Positions 63,052-64,000 of a stretch of DNA of 64,000 nucleotides are shown in pieces. Position 1 is the stretch's first letter, and every line of letters starts with the position of its first letter. Position numbers and translations under genes: made by a program. Origin of the DNA: an uncultured Myxococcales bacterium (GTDB lineage: Bacteria; Myxococcota_A; Bradymonadia; REDH01); the NCBI GenBank assembly GCA_965367675.1, contig CBDUJZ010000001.1:20856-84855 (forward strand). The letters run 5' to 3'. The notes under the pieces were generated by a model. That model had not been told where the DNA came from. It did not search any database and saw nothing but the letters and a program-made list of their open reading frames with translations.

Positions 63052-64000
63052 ATGCAGCACACCCTCGTTCACCAACTCGCCACCTGGGCTCAGACGACCC
63101 CGGACGCTCCAGCGCTCTTCCACCGGGTGAGCCCAGACACCTGGGAGCACCGGACCTGGAAGCGGTATTGGCAAGAAGCGCGCGATGTCGCGAAGGGGCT
63201 CATGACGCTCGGTCACCAGCCCGGCGATTGCGTGGCTGTGTCCGGTGAGAACCGCCCCGAATGGGTGCTCACCGAGCTCGGCGTGATGACGGCCGCTGGA
63301 ATCCCGGCGCCGATTTACACCACGAACACGCCGGCGCAGATGGGGTACATCGTGACCAACGCCGCCGCGCGCATCGTGGTGTGCGACGGCCGCGAGCAGT
63401 TCGACAAGTACCAGCAGGCGACCGCGGATGGGCATATGACCACCGAGTGGTACGTGACCATGGACGACATCGGCGTGGAGCGCGACGATGTGCTCACGTA
63501 CGCGGAGTTGATCGCGCGTGGTCAGGCCGCGCCGGACGCCCCGCTGGACGCGCGCGTGGACGCGTTGAACGAGGATGACACTGCGTTGTTGATCTATACG
63601 TCGGGCACGACCGGTACGCCGAAGGGGGTCATGCTGCACCACGGCGCCATGGTCTCGGTGGCGGATTCGCTGCTGCAGCGGCTGAAGGTGTTCGCGGACA
63701 CTGGCGCCACGTACCGCACGGTGTCGTACCTGCCGCTGTGCCACGGCGCCGAGCAGCTGCTCACCACGCTGGGGCACCTGAAGACGGGTGGCGAGGTCTA
63801 CTTCTGCAACGATATGAAGCAGATCAAGGACTACCTGGTCGCGGTGCGGCCGAGCATCTTTCTGGGGGTGCCGCGTGTGTGGGAGAAGTTCGAAGCTGCG
63901 CTCGCCGCCAACTTTGCGCAGGCGACGGGCCTGAAGGCCAAGCTGCTTTCGTGGGCGCGTCGGGTGGAGTTGGCGGCGGTGGACTCGCAGGTCCGCACGG
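63052..64000 (+). CDS. Long-chain acyl-CoA synthetase (AMP-forming), 3' end outside window
   Basis: Absent from the ORF track (open at the edge). My translation from ATG 63052 gives MQHTLVHQLATWAQTTPDAPALF.., LIYTSGTTGTPKGVMLHHGA, SYLPLCHGAEQ, LGVPRVWEKF. It is a paralog type of 35302..37149. Confidence 0.85.
   Translation, partial: MQHTLVHQLATWAQTTPDAPALFHRVSPDTWEHRTWKRYWQEARDVAKGLMTLGHQPGDCVAVSGENRPEWVLTELGVMTAAGIPAPIYTTNTPAQMGYIVTNAAARIVVCDGREQFDKYQQATADGHMTTEWYVTMDDIGVERDDVLTYAELIARGQAAPDAPLDARVDALNEDDTALLIYTSGTTGTPKGVMLHHGAMVSVADSLLQRLKVFADTGATYRTVSYLPLCHGAEQLLTTLGHLKTGGEVYFCNDMKQIKDYLVAVRPSIFLGVPRVWEKFEAALAANFAQATGLKAKLLSWARRVELAAVDSQVRT

Noticed and set aside
63016-63777. 253-aa minus-strand ORF at the right edge
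   Set aside because: The plus strand from ATG 63052 encodes an AMP-binding acyl-CoA synthetase (LIYTSGTTGTPKG). It is missing from the track only because it is open at the window edge.

Overview
Visibly GC-rich bacterial chromosomal segment. The gene content suggests Myxococcota (inference): myxococcal cysteine-rich CGDG..CDDGN repeats, many lipoproteins with Asp/Glu-rich linkers, PEGA and FGE-fold lipoproteins, and a sigma-54 enhancer-binding protein. I support about 50 CDS, one tRNA-Leu(CAG), several hairpin terminators, one good sigma-54 promoter and six short tandem-repeat arrays. I saw no rRNA, CRISPR array, transposase or integrase.

Layout:
- 1-8980 (-): a translationally coupled four-gene lipoprotein operon. 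It encodes a giant Cys-repeat/beta-helix protein, two FGE-fold lipoproteins without the catalytic Cys pair, and a Cys-rich DUF4397-like lipoprotein. This is my best candidate for an undescribed envelope system.
- 9.3-35 kb: mostly housekeeping or envelope genes. These include a TolB-like propeller, a PHP protein, orphan nuoEF, PEGA and Big-repeat lipoproteins, murI, a degenerate LytM factor plus Ctp protease, a PspA-like protein, prfC, a class I aldolase, a TPR protein, tRNA-Leu, rnr, and a lipoprotein/CPBP protease pair.
- 35-41.6 kb: acyl-CoA synthetase, a VWA/TSP3 lipoprotein, and a hybrid histidine kinase overlapping a small Cys-rich DUF1636-like gene.
- 41.6-57.7 kb: a divergent Wzx/Wzy-type polysaccharide locus. 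One arm runs wza, kinase-like ATPase, PCP, wzy, wzx and an Sfp-type PPTase. The other arm runs GT4, a lipoprotein, the priming sugar transferase, STAS, MBOAT, an SGNH-like protein, GT2 and an unknown protein.
- 58-62.8 kb: an OM beta-barrel, glnK, amt and a GAF-type sigma-54 activator, with a TGGCAC-N5-CTGCA promoter and twin CCTAC-N6-GTAGG palindromes.
- 63052 to the window end: a second acyl-CoA synthetase, truncated by the window edge.

Many long ORFs in the track are GC-driven antisense or alternate-frame artefacts and were rejected. All domain calls come from reading motifs by eye. No searches were run.
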